Made by a program: the position numbers and the translations under genes | Shown here: positions 39,934 to 48,484 of the stretch, one piece after another | How the letters are laid out: the number at the start of each line of letters is the position of its first letter | Numbering within the stretch: the first letter of the stretch is position 1 | Assembly (NCBI GenBank): GCA_965205945.1 | Contig: CBDBIB010000003.1 | Coordinates: forward strand, 774,238-838,237 | Direction: 5' to 3' | From: Bdellovibrionales bacterium | GTDB lineage: Bacteria > Bdellovibrionota > Bdellovibrionia > Bdellovibrionales > UBA1609 | DNA: 64,000 nt | The notes under the pieces: generated by a model | The model's input: the letters and a program-made list of their open reading frames with translations, nothing else | Database searches by the model: none | Told to the model about the DNA's origin: nothing

Positions 39934-41409
39934 TTATAAAAATGGTGCCCTTATTAAAGTCTTAAATAAATATCTATACGATTTAAGTAAATCATGATCT
40001 TCTTTTTTAAGTATTTTTTTAAAATCTTTTCCTAAAGGATTTAATCTTTTTTCGTTGGTTTTAAATACTTTCATACCCACTCCAGCTATTATGCCGGCTC
40101 CTATAGCTGTAGTTTCAATATTTTTAGGGCGCATAAGTTTTAATGATGAAAATTGAGCCTGAATCTTCATAAAGGTGTCTGACATAGAAGCTCCTCCATC
40201 GACATAAACTCTTTTTAGTTTTTTTGAGAAATCTTGTTCCATAGCTTCAAAAATTAATGTATTTTGAAAAGATAAACCCTCTAGTAGGGCCCTTGCCATA
40301 TGAGATGCTTTTGTACCTCTTGTAAGCCCTAAAAAAGCACCTTTAGACTCTGGTGACCAATAAGGCGCTCCTACTCCAGAAAAAGTAGGGGCAAATTTAA
40401 CCCCTTGTGAAGTGCGAACACTTAAAGCTAATTTTCCAATATCCATGGCTTTTTTTAAAACACCTAGTTCATCTATAAACCAATTTATGCAAGAGCCACA
40501 GTTAAATGCTCCGCCTTCTAAAGCATAAACAGGTTTTTGATCTTTAAGGCTCCACGCTATAGTAGTAAGTAAACCTGATTTTGAATAGATTAACTTATTT
40601 CCTGTATTTAAAAGAATAAAGCTACCCGTTCCAAACGTACACTTCATATCCCCCTCTTTAATCCCATGTTGTCCAAAAAGAGCTGCCTGTTGATCACCCA
40701 AAATACCTGTTATAGGAGTTCCCTCTGTTAAAGGTGCAAAGTTTTTAACGGAGCCAAAATTAGAGTTTGAATTAATCACCTCAGCCAGAATATCTTGTGA
40801 AATATTAAAGTACTTTAAAAGTTCCTTATCCCACTTTTGAGTTTTAATATTAAATAACTGGGTACGTGATGCATTACTAGGCTCGGTGTAAAAACTTTTT
40901 CCTCCAGTAAGATTCCAGAGTAAAAAAGTATCTATAGTTCCAATCATTAAATTTTTAAATTTTGATTTATTATTTTTTAAAAACCATTCTATTTTTGTAG
41001 ATGAAAAATATGGATCAATACTTAATCCTGTGTTTTTTTTAATCCAATTAGCATCACCTTTTTTTTTAATCTCTTTAGTTCTTAGAGCTGTTCTTCGGCA
41101 CTGCCAGACAATAGCATTTCCAAAAGCTTTCCCCGTCTTGTAGTCCCAAAAAACAACGGTTTCTCTCTGATTTGTGATTCCTATTGTAAGAATATCCTTA
41201 GGGGTTTTATTTATTTTTTTAAGTACATTTTGAATAGCTTTTTTAACACTGTTTAAAATGTCTTTAGGGTTGTGCTCAACCCATCCAATTTTTGGAAAAA
41301 TTTGTTTAAAAGAAACATTACTTGAACCCAGTATCTTTCCTTTTGTATTCATAACCAAGGCTGTAGAGCCAGTGGTTCCTTGATCTAAAGAGAGGATTAA
41401 GTTTTTCAT
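39934..41409 (-). CDS. glpK: Glycerol kinase
   Basis: LDQGTT, GITNQRET, WQCRRT, NASRT, GDQQAALFG, TFGTG. Confidence 0.96.
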   Translation of the reverse strand: MKNLILSLDQGTTGSTALVMNTKGKILGSSNVSFKQIFPKIGWVEHNPKDILNSVKKAIQNVLKKINKTPKDILTIGITNQRETVVFWDYKTGKAFGNAIVWQCRRTALRTKEIKKKGDANWIKKNTGLSIDPYFSSTKIEWFLKNNKSKFKNLMIGTIDTFLLWNLTGGKSFYTEPSNASRTQLFNIKTQKWDKELLKYFNISQDILAEVINSNSNFGSVKNFAPLTEGTPITGILGDQQAALFGQHGIKEGDMKCTFGTGSFILLNTGNKLIYSKSGLLTTIAWSLKDQKPVYALEGGAFNCGSCINWFIDELGVLKKAMDIGKLALSVRTSQGVKFAPTFSGVGAPYWSPESKGAFLGLTRGTKASHMARALLEGLSFQNTLIFEAMEQDFSKKLKRVYVDGGASMSDTFMKIQAQFSSLKLMRPKNIETTAIGAGIIAGVGMKVFKTNEKRLNPLGKDFKKILKKEDHDLLKSYRYLFKTLIRAPFL

Positions 41410-41420
41410 ACATTTAAAGC

Positions 41421-41708
41421 TTACTCGCCAGGAGTATCTGAGGCAATCGTCAGTGTTAAATTGTAGACTAATTTTGTTAAAATACCTGCATTCTCTGCAT
41501 CATCAGGGCTGCCGCCTATGAGTTTTGATCTCATAATGCTTGCCATAGAAACAGCTAAAAGCATCAATAAGATGTATTCTAAAACCAACTGTCCACTTTG
41601 TTTTTTTTTGTCCTTATTTTTTTTATTTTGACTCTTTAAACATACAAGAATAGTCTTATTTTGTGAAAACATCCAATTGGAAGTGTTTTGGTAAAATCGC
41701 AGCATCAA
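41421..41708 (-). CDS. Flp/Tad pilin-like protein (class III signal peptide)
   Basis: Basic leader followed by G|QLVLEY and a hydrophobic helix; true start uncertain. Confidence 0.7.
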   Translation of the reverse strand: MMLRFYQNTSNWMFSQNKTILVCLKSQNKKNKDKKKQSGQLVLEYILLMLLAVSMASIMRSKLIGGSPDDAENAGILTKLVYNLTLTIASDTPGE

Positions 41709-42169
41709 TTGCTCTATCGGTAATTATTGGTTTTTTCTGGATATCAAATACTCAAAAAATCACAAAAATCACAAAAAATCCTCATAATTTCAACTTAGGT
41801 AGTGTTTTTACTAAATATCTTACAGATAAAACCCTAGTAGTTTTTTGGGCTAGCTGGTGTATTTCCTGTAAGGAAGATCTTAAAGAACTTAAAAAGTTTA
41901 GAGCCTCTAATTTACCAAAAGGCTTTAGTATTCTAGCTGTTAATATTGATAGGGTAGAAAACTTATCGCAAGCAAAGCTCTTATGGAGTGAATTAGAAAT
42001 TAAAGATATTAAGCTTTTATTTGATAAAAACGCAAACTATCAAAATCTTTTATCTATTGATCTTCTACCTTCTTACTTTGTATTTGAAAAAAATGGAAAA
42101 ATCCTTTTAAGATTAGATGGAAAAATAAATTTTTCAGATAAAAAAATATTATCTCTTCTATTTAGTTAA
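41663..42169 (+). CDS. TlpA-family thiol-disulfide oxidoreductase
   Basis: N-terminal TM; FWASWCISC; LP cis-Pro loop. Confidence 0.88.
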   Translation: MKTSNWKCFGKIAASIALSVIIGFFWISNTQKITKITKNPHNFNLGSVFTKYLTDKTLVVFWASWCISCKEDLKELKKFRASNLPKGFSILAVNIDRVENLSQAKLLWSELEIKDIKLLFDKNANYQNLLSIDLLPSYFVFEKNGKILLRLDGKINFSDKKILSLLFS

Positions 42170-42174
42170 AAGTA

Positions 42175-42394
42175 TGGGACTTTCCTAAAGAAATAGGACA
42201 CTTTTTTCTATGCGAGTTTTTGTTTAATTGTACATCCTTAATGGTTTTGATAATCGAGTCTGCAAATTAAATTGTATGATTGCTATTCGTCTTAATACAT
42301 CTGTAAACTATGTTTTCGGTATGGACCCTCTCCTGACTTAAAAACAAAAATACCAAATTTTTATAGACTGTCTGTCCTGATACATCTGTAGAAA
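42175..42394. mobile_element. Patchwork of IS terminal remnants
   Basis: IS3-like end TGGGACTTTCCTAAAGAAATAGGACACTTTTTT (from 42175); IS481-like pieces at 42284-42327 and 42369-42394. Confidence 0.55.
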
Positions 42395-42425
42395 TGGAGC
42401 GTTCGTCGGAAACTGGGTAAGTTAC

Positions 42426-42469
42426 TGACTTGACTCGCTTTTGCTTGGAAACCAAGCCACGTCAAGCCA
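42426..42469. repeat. CAAG(C/T)CA repeats, putative integrase arm-type sites (left)
   Basis: CAAGCCA at 42453 and 42463; inverted TGACTTG at 42426. Confidence 0.55.
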
Positions 42470-42554
42470 ACGCCTAAATCACTTATGATCTTTCCAGAGT
42501 TTTCACAGTTATTCAAGGTTTTAGTTTAGAAAAAAATTTTAACTGACCAGAAGC

Positions 42555-43301
42555 TTATAAAAATGTTTTTTCTAGCAACGCTATAATGGCATCACTTTGG
42601 ATCTTCTGCTTACAGGCTCCCTTAATAATATCATCATTAATTTCCTGCTTGAGTTGGCTCATAAATTCAATGAAATGGTCTCTCACTTTGCCCTTTAATT
42701 TTTCCTCTTTTTCTTCATCTAGAAAGGTGACTGCCAAATTGATTATATCGCTGCGATGCTTCTTCCAGTTTTTAGAATCCTCTTTTCTTGCTTTAATTTC
42801 AAGGTAGGCTTTGGCTTTAAAAGGAATCAAGGCAAAGGGATTCAAAAGATTGATGCCATCTTTTTCCACGGCATTTTTTTTAATCAATGCATAATACTCA
42901 TCATCTAGTAAGATAGCCGATAGGGATTCCACCTCTGCTGGGGTCGTAATAGGTATGATGTGTTGACCATCAAAAAGTTTAAATTTGGCTTCTGCTGTGG
43001 CAAATAATTCAATCATTAGAGGGAATTCTTCTTTCTTGGGATTTTGGAAACGGTAAAATGTCGCTTGATCATTATCTCCCTTTTGAATTTCATAACCACC
43101 ATCCTTAATGTATTGTTTAATGGCATTTAGAAACTGGGCAGAGGGCCTCATAATAAGAACGATGTCCAGATCCTTTGTTGGCCTGACCCGTGGTGCCCCC
43201 GCCTCATCCAGAAGAAGATGACTGGCTACGCCACCAACCAGAATAAAGTTTTCTGAGTGCTGCTTAAAATGATCCCTAAAATGACCGAGTCCCTTAATCA
43301 T
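42555..43301 (-). CDS. Nucleotidyltransferase, AbiEii-like type IV toxin
   Basis: LVGG..., R.TKDLD, FKAKAY, KKHRSD motifs. Confidence 0.8.
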   Translation of the reverse strand: MIKGLGHFRDHFKQHSENFILVGGVASHLLLDEAGAPRVRPTKDLDIVLIMRPSAQFLNAIKQYIKDGGYEIQKGDNDQATFYRFQNPKKEEFPLMIELFATAEAKFKLFDGQHIIPITTPAEVESLSAILLDDEYYALIKKNAVEKDGINLLNPFALIPFKAKAYLEIKARKEDSKNWKKHRSDIINLAVTFLDEEKEEKLKGKVRDHFIEFMSQLKQEINDDIIKGACKQKIQSDAIIALLEKTFL

Positions 43302-44272
43302 GTATTCTCTCCTATTTTCAAACTGTACTTTCTAAGTAGTTTTTCAAGTTCAATTTGAACTCTCTCATCCTGTTCAGTTTTGTTAATGAGATAAATATCT
43401 ATAGGATTTACGCAGCCTTTCTCAATGAGAATAGGACACCTATCCCATTGCTCAATTTTGGCGACTGCAAAATCATCCAATACAATATTTTTATTTTTAA
43501 TTGTTTTTTTGAAATTCTTTTTACTCACCGCATAGGTTGGAATTCTGTCATCAGCAAGATTTGTTTTGTTAGAAAGTGCTGTAATGCCAGAATAGGGTAG
43601 TCCTTTAGGAATCTTGTCAATATAGATAATTTCCTTAACGGGGCTTTCTAACTTATTTTTTAAAAATTCCCAAAGCTCAGTCTTTTTATGGAAAAAAACA
43701 AATTTAGATACTTCTCTTTTTTTCTCATAGCACAAGTTATTTGCTAAAAGAGGCTCAATGGCTCTTCCGACAGTCATCTGACTGACCTTAAAAACATCAG
43801 CTAAAGCCAGCTTATTTTTTCCAGATAAATCGCCTTTCAAAATTTCTCTAATGAGCATATTTATCGCTAGGCCATTTAATTGAGTTTTATTAGATTTAAT
43901 TGCAAGATTTTCTGGCTTAATAGAAACGTTCACTGCGGGAAGATGAACTTGCTTACCTTCGACAATAAAATTCAGCCCGTTTTGAATCATTCTTTGGACT
44001 TTATGAAAGTGCAGTTCGGGTAGGCACCATATTTGAGGATAGTCGATTTTTTCCTTTAAAATTTTGGCGTGTTTTTTAAACTCGCGTGGCCCCAAATTTT
44101 TGTCTCTGACATTGATAACTAGGTAAGGCTCTTTATTTATGAATAATTCATTGAAACTATAAATACCTCGAAAGAAAGTGGGTATATTCTTAAGCTCAAG
44201 CCTTTTCTCCTTAGTCTTAAGATTGGGAAGATATCTATTTAGCATTTTCTCCGCTATGTGTTCCATATTCAC
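43298..44272 (-). CDS. wHTH-containing transcriptional regulator, AbiEi-like antitoxin
   Basis: LADVFKVSQMTVGRA HTH; YSGITALS..T.L; C-terminal DERVQ; ATGA overlap with the NTase gene. Confidence 0.75.
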   Translation of the reverse strand: MNMEHIAEKMLNRYLPNLKTKEKRLELKNIPTFFRGIYSFNELFINKEPYLVINVRDKNLGPREFKKHAKILKEKIDYPQIWCLPELHFHKVQRMIQNGLNFIVEGKQVHLPAVNVSIKPENLAIKSNKTQLNGLAINMLIREILKGDLSGKNKLALADVFKVSQMTVGRAIEPLLANNLCYEKKREVSKFVFFHKKTELWEFLKNKLESPVKEIIYIDKIPKGLPYSGITALSNKTNLADDRIPTYAVSKKNFKKTIKNKNIVLDDFAVAKIEQWDRCPILIEKGCVNPIDIYLINKTEQDERVQIELEKLLRKYSLKIGENT

Positions 44273-44317
44273 ATCCTAACATAGTTATCGTCATAATAAC
44301 ATTATTTTGTTAGAATG
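44272..44317. promoter_or_regulatory. Inverted-repeat operator upstream of the type IV TA operon
   Basis: CATCCTAACA (44272-44281) / TGTTAGAATG (44308-44317); related CATAATAACA at 44292. Confidence 0.45.
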
Positions 44318-44430
44318 ATGGTATATGTGTTAATTGCCGTATAATCAACCACTTACAGCCTTCCTAATCAAAGAAAACAAAATTTAAGAAAAACACCTTA
44401 TTTCATTCATTTTTTTAGTCAGTAAAAACG

Positions 44431-44463
44431 GCATAAATACCCCAAGGATTGAGGTATTTATGC
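44431..44463 (-). terminator. Terminator after integrase
   Basis: GCATAAATACCCCAA-GGA-TTGAGGTATTTATGC hairpin followed by a T run on the minus strand. Confidence 0.6.
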
Positions 44464-44483
44464 TTGTGACTTAAGAGGGTATT

Positions 44484-45130
44484 CTAGGCCGCAGTCCCAC
44501 TGCCGGAGGTATGCACTGAGGAAAGATAGCTTAAAGCTGCCTTGTCCGAAGGAAGAAAGCTGGCTCCAAGACCTTCAGTGGCTCCTTGTTCCCTGATCCC
44601 AGCCAAGCGAACGTAGATTTGGAAAGTTTTAAAGTCTCTCCAGCCGCCAATTCTCATTACAGTGGCTTCTTCCTTTCCGCTAGCGAGAAGGTGAGTTGCA
44701 AAGCAAGCTCTCAGAGTATGAAAACGAACTGAGCTTATGCCAATTTTTTTGCAAAAGGCTCGAAGCACTCTAGCTTGCTCTCCCTTCTTCCATTCAGGAA
44801 GTCGTGGCAACAAATACTCACTCCTTGGATAGCACTCAAACAATTCATCAATAATTGGATTAAGGTCTTGGGCTATAGGAGCATTACGCCAATATTTTGC
44901 CTTGGTCGATTTTGCTTGCTCGCTTGCCTTATCCCAGGATTCCGTAATGCGAATCAGATTCTCCTTTCGTTTAACATTTTCTTTTCTTAAGGCATAAAGC
45001 TCACCTGATCTCATGCCCGTCATTAAGGCTAATGCCCAAATAGGATACCATTCATGTTTTCTTGATTTGGCTTCTATCAATAATTTTTGAACTTCATCTA
45101 CTGTTAATATTTCAGGTAACTTTTCTTCAG
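44484..45130 (-). pseudogene. Tyrosine recombinase/integrase, N-terminus removed at IS junction
   Basis: TGMRSGE, FHTLRACFATH, GW..F.TFQIY; frame continues upstream (EEKLPEILTVDEVQKL) until the IS end at 45131. Confidence 0.88.
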
Positions 45131-45254
45131 TGGGCAGGTCCCCCCGATTTTTGGATAGTTGGGACCTGAGAGAAAAATTAATTATTTAAAATTCAGTTTA
45201 ACTTTTGAAATCCACTTTATTTAAACAATATCAGGGGCTTAAAAAGGAAAACAC

Positions 45255-45755
45255 ATGAAAAACAATAACCTCAATAAAACTTATAATGAAAACTTTAAAC
45301 TCAACGCTGTGAAAAAATTACTCGCTGACAAAAAAGGACTCACTTACACCGCTAGTAAACTTAACATTGCCTCTTCAACCCTCTATGGATGGAAGAAAAA
45401 ATATGCTAATTTAAATTCTATGACCCACAGCAACAGCAATAAAAAACTCTTTCTTGAAGACAAACTTAACTTTATTAAAAAAACTCAATCTTTAAATGAA
45501 AACGAACTTGGAAAATTTCTTAGAGAAAATGGACTTAACTCTTCAGACCTTATTAATTTTGAAAAAGAATTACTTGGACAAAATCCTGTTGGAAGACCTT
45601 CACTTGATCCTGAAATTAAAACTTTAAGGAAAGATAAAATAAACTTAGAAAGATCTTTAAATCGAGCTGAAAAAGCTCTAGCTGAACAGTCTGCTAGAAT
45701 CATCTTGTTAAAAAAAAGCCACGAGATCTGGGGGGTCAAAGAGGACGAAGATTAA
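45255..45755 (+). CDS. IS3 transposase OrfA
   Basis: YNENFKLNAV HTH, STLYGWKK, coiled coil, LLKKSHEIWG. Confidence 0.9.
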   Translation: MKNNNLNKTYNENFKLNAVKKLLADKKGLTYTASKLNIASSTLYGWKKKYANLNSMTHSNSNKKLFLEDKLNFIKKTQSLNENELGKFLRENGLNSSDLINFEKELLGQNPVGRPSLDPEIKTLRKDKINLERSLNRAEKALAEQSARIILLKKSHEIWGVKEDED

Positions 45756-46795
45756 GTCCTGATGACAAAGAAGTTTGTCTTGAATTAATTAACACCTCTT
45801 CTAAAAATGGCTGTAGACTTAAACTTGCCTGCAGCGATTTAGAAATTGATATTAAAACTTTCAACCGCTGGAAACTTTCTTTAACTGATAAAAGAAAAGG
45901 ACCCTTATCGCCTCCAAAAAATAAATTAAGTGATAAAGAAAAAGATGAGATCATTAACACCTGTACTTTAAAAAAGTATGTTGATGACTCTCCTCATGTG
46001 ATAGTTTCAAAACTTGCAGATGATGGAGTTTATTTAGCAAGTGAATCAAGTTTTTATAAAGTTTTAAAAGAGAATAAACTTTTAGTTCATAGAGGAAGAA
46101 CAAAACCAAAAACTAAACAAAAGCCAAAAGGAATGACTGCAACGGAAGTGAATCAAGTTTATTCTTGGGATATTACTTATTTAAAAACTTTGGTGCGGGG
46201 TCGGTTTTATTATTTATATATGTTTATGGATGTGTTTAGTAGAAAGATTGTAGGTTATAAAGTACACGTTAGAGAAAGTATGGATTTATCATCAGAGTTA
46301 ATTAAAGAGATTTGTGAGAGAGAAAAAATAAAAAGAGATGAGCTAGTATTACATTCAGATAATGGCGGCTCAATGAAGGGAGCAACGATGCTAGCAACAC
46401 TTGATTGGTTGGGAGTTTCAAGTTCATTTAGTAGGCCGAGTGTAAGTAATGACAATGCCTATTCAGAAAGTTTATTTAAGACGTTAAAGTATGTGCCGGA
46501 TTATCCAGAGTTTTTTAAAAGCATAGGTGATGCAAGAGACTGGGTTGATAATTTTGTTAATTGGTACAATGAAGAGCATCGTCACAGTGGAATAAAGTTT
46601 GTGACGCCATCAGAGCGCCATTTAGGAAAAGATAAAGAGATATTAGAAAAGCGTAAGGAAGTTTATGAAGCAGCAAGAAGGTTAAAGCCAGAGCGCTGGA
46701 GTAGCAGAGGAATTAGGAATTGGGAGCGAGAGAATGTGGTGTATTTAAATTGTTTGCCAAGTGAAAAAGTAGTTGTTATGAAGAATGTGGTTTAA
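45710..46795 (+). CDS. IS3 transposase OrfB (DDE), expressed by -1 frameshift at A8G (45710-45718)
   Basis: Frame is open upstream of the track start (RGRRLSPDDK...); WDITY, HSDNG, DNAYSESLFKT, WYN..H.HSG. Confidence 0.9.
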   Translation, partial: KKKPRDLGGQRGRRLSPDDKEVCLELINTSSKNGCRLKLACSDLEIDIKTFNRWKLSLTDKRKGPLSPPKNKLSDKEKDEIINTCTLKKYVDDSPHVIVSKLADDGVYLASESSFYKVLKENKLLVHRGRTKPKTKQKPKGMTATEVNQVYSWDITYLKTLVRGRFYYLYMFMDVFSRKIVGYKVHVRESMDLSSELIKEICEREKIKRDELVLHSDNGGSMKGATMLATLDWLGVSSSFSRPSVSNDNAYSESLFKTLKYVPDYPEFFKSIGDARDWVDNFVNWYNEEHRHSGIKFVTPSERHLGKDKEILEKRKEVYEAARRLKPERWSSRGIRNWERENVVYLNCLPSEKVVVMKNVV

Positions 46796-46841
46796 CTGAA
46801 TTAAATTTCCCTTCAGGTCCCAACTATCCAAAAATTTTCCG

Positions 46842-46992
46842 CAATTGTCTTTGCCGAAACACCGACACTTTCTCCAGCCGATTGGCGAGTTATTTTTTTT
46901 GTAATGCGCATTTTTTTTAGCGCAATAACTTCATCGGTTATTATTTTAATGTTCTCTCGTCTTCGTTTTAATTTGTTACATTCTTCTTTCAT
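46842..46992 (-). pseudogene. XRE-type HTH regulator truncated by IS3
   Basis: GAGGT RBS, ATG 46992; MKEECNKLKRRRENIKIITDEVIALKKMRITKKITRQSAGESVGVSAKTI cut at the IS end. Confidence 0.75.
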
Positions 46993-47026
46993 AACTGTGT
47001 TACCTCGTTGCTTAAATTGGTTAAAT

Positions 47027-47068
47027 TGCTGCTGACTACTTAATGACAGTTAAAGATAATCAGCAGCA
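47027..47068. promoter_or_regulatory. Inverted repeat upstream of the HTH gene
   Basis: TGCTGCTGA...CTTTAA...TTAAAG...TCAGCAGCA. Confidence 0.4.
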
Positions 47069-47200
47069 GAGTCGTTAGGATTTGAAACATTTTAGATAGC
47101 AATTGGGGCAAGCTAGCTCTCAATTGGTTTTCCAAATGGTTTCATGGATTTACAGACCTACACCGACAAATTGTGACAGTTTGATTTTGGCGTGAACAAG

Positions 47201-47229
47201 CAAGCCAAAGCCAAGCCATCACCAAGTCA
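47201..47229. repeat. CAAG(C/T)CA repeats, putative integrase arm-type sites (right)
   Basis: CAAGCCA at 47201 and 47212, CAAGTCA at 47223 (11-bp period). Confidence 0.55.
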
Positions 47230-47354
47230 GATGGTGAAGAACTGTGAAAAATCCTGAATAAATGAAAAGTGTCGATAATTGCCAACCTCCTGGAATCATT
47301 TGTTTATGTTTTTAATGATTTAGAGGTTGGTGGCGTGAAATGCCTTCCGAAAAT

Positions 47355-47430
47355 TGGAGCGGATGACCAGATTCGAACTGGCGACCTCAACCTTGGCAAG
47401 GTTGCGCACTACCAACTGTGCTACACCCGC
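47355..47430 (-). tRNA. tRNA-Gly (GCC)
   Basis: 76-nt cloverleaf GCGGGTG...TTGCCAA...TTCGAAT...TCCA; lies downstream of pgsA. Confidence 0.96.
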
Positions 47431-47473
47431 TTACAATTAGCAAAACAGTAAAGTACCTGAAGGAAAAAATATG

Positions 47474-48016
47474 TCAATTTAATTGAAGTCTATTTTTTAT
47501 TTGAATTGTATAGTCTATAAGAGAGATAATGCTGATTAAACAAGCTCCCCATAAAATATATGAGCCTATTAAAAAAGTTGAAATAGGTATAAAAGTATCA
47601 GGAATAAGCATTAAAGGAATTGCTGTCATTTGCAATACTGTTTTGAGTTTACCAAGTGGTCTTGCTGCTAAAACTAAGTTTTGTGCTGCTGCATAAGAAC
47701 GCAAAGACCCAATTATAATATCACGACTAAGAAGAATAAGTAAGAAGGCTGGATGAGCATTTTTGAAATAAACTAACAAGACTAAGGCAAAAAGTACTAA
47801 AATCTTGTCTCCAGTAGGATCAAAGTATTTCCCAAAATTTGAAACTATATTATACTTTCTGGCCAATTTACCATCAAAATAATCTGTTATGCTTAAGGCT
47901 ATAAAAATTAGTGCGCAAAACCACCAAGCCCAAGGTTCTTGAGTTAAGAAAAGTAAAGTTAAAGCGGGGGCTCCAATAATGCGCGATAAGGTAAGATAAA
48001 AAGGGAAGTTTTTCAT
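47474..48016 (-). CDS. pgsA: CDP-diacylglycerol--glycerol-3-phosphate 3-phosphatidyltransferase
   Basis: TDYFDGKLAR...GKYFDPTGDK; GKLKTVLQM. Confidence 0.93.
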   Translation of the reverse strand: MKNFPFYLTLSRIIGAPALTLLFLTQEPWAWWFCALIFIALSITDYFDGKLARKYNIVSNFGKYFDPTGDKILVLFALVLLVYFKNAHPAFLLILLSRDIIIGSLRSYAAAQNLVLAARPLGKLKTVLQMTAIPLMLIPDTFIPISTFLIGSYILWGACLISIISLIDYTIQIKNRLQLN

Positions 48017-48085
48017 TGTTAGTTATTCTTCCTCATTTTAAGTTAATCATCAATAAATATATAAAATCATAGGAGCTATATAGGT

Positions 48086-48484
48086 ATGATATCAGTATTA
48101 AAAAGACGAGTAGCTTTTCATGAAACAGACTGTATGGGAGTTGTTCACCATGCTGTTTATGCTAAATTTTTTGAGGAAGCCAGGGTGGAGTTTCTTTATA
48201 TTAATGGATTAGAGAAGTACCATGCTCCAAAGGTAGACTTTATTTTGGCTGTACTAAGTTTAGAAGTTAAATATTTTAGGCCTTTAAAGGTCAGTGATTT
48301 ATTTGATGTAAAAATAAGCATTACTTTAGAAGGAGTGACAAAAATTCAATTTTGCTATGAGATATACTTAGATAAAACTTTGATTACTAAAGGAAAAACC
48401 TTGCATGTTGGTTTAAACTCTAGGTTAAAAGTTATTAAACCTCCTAAAGAGCTTATAAAAGGAATTAAAGAATATGGATCGTAA
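48086..48484 (+). CDS. YbgC-like acyl-CoA thioesterase
   Basis: RVAFHETDCMGVVHHAVYAKFFEEAR. Confidence 0.9.
   Translation: MISVLKRRVAFHETDCMGVVHHAVYAKFFEEARVEFLYINGLEKYHAPKVDFILAVLSLEVKYFRPLKVSDLFDVKISITLEGVTKIQFCYEIYLDKTLITKGKTLHVGLNSRLKVIKPPKELIKGIKEYGS

Larger units (their letters stand above)
45131..46841 (+). mobile_element. IS3-family insertion sequence, apparently intact
   Basis: Inverted repeats TTTTTGGATAGTTGGGACCTGA / TCAGGTCCCAACTATCCAAAAA; orfA-orfB with frameshift motif; host ORFs are cut at both boundaries. Confidence 0.9.
42395..47361. mobile_element. Tyrosine-integrase genomic island at tRNA-Gly 3' end (defective)
   Basis: TGGAGCG direct repeat at 42395-42401 and 47355-47361; CAAGCCA repeats near both ends; truncated integrase; TA cargo. 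Confidence 0.75.

Noticed and set aside
42267..42455. 62-aa ORF at island boundary
   Set aside because: Spans the att site and IS-end fragments; no coding signature.
47269..47451. 60-aa ORF
   Set aside because: Antisense to tRNA-Gly.
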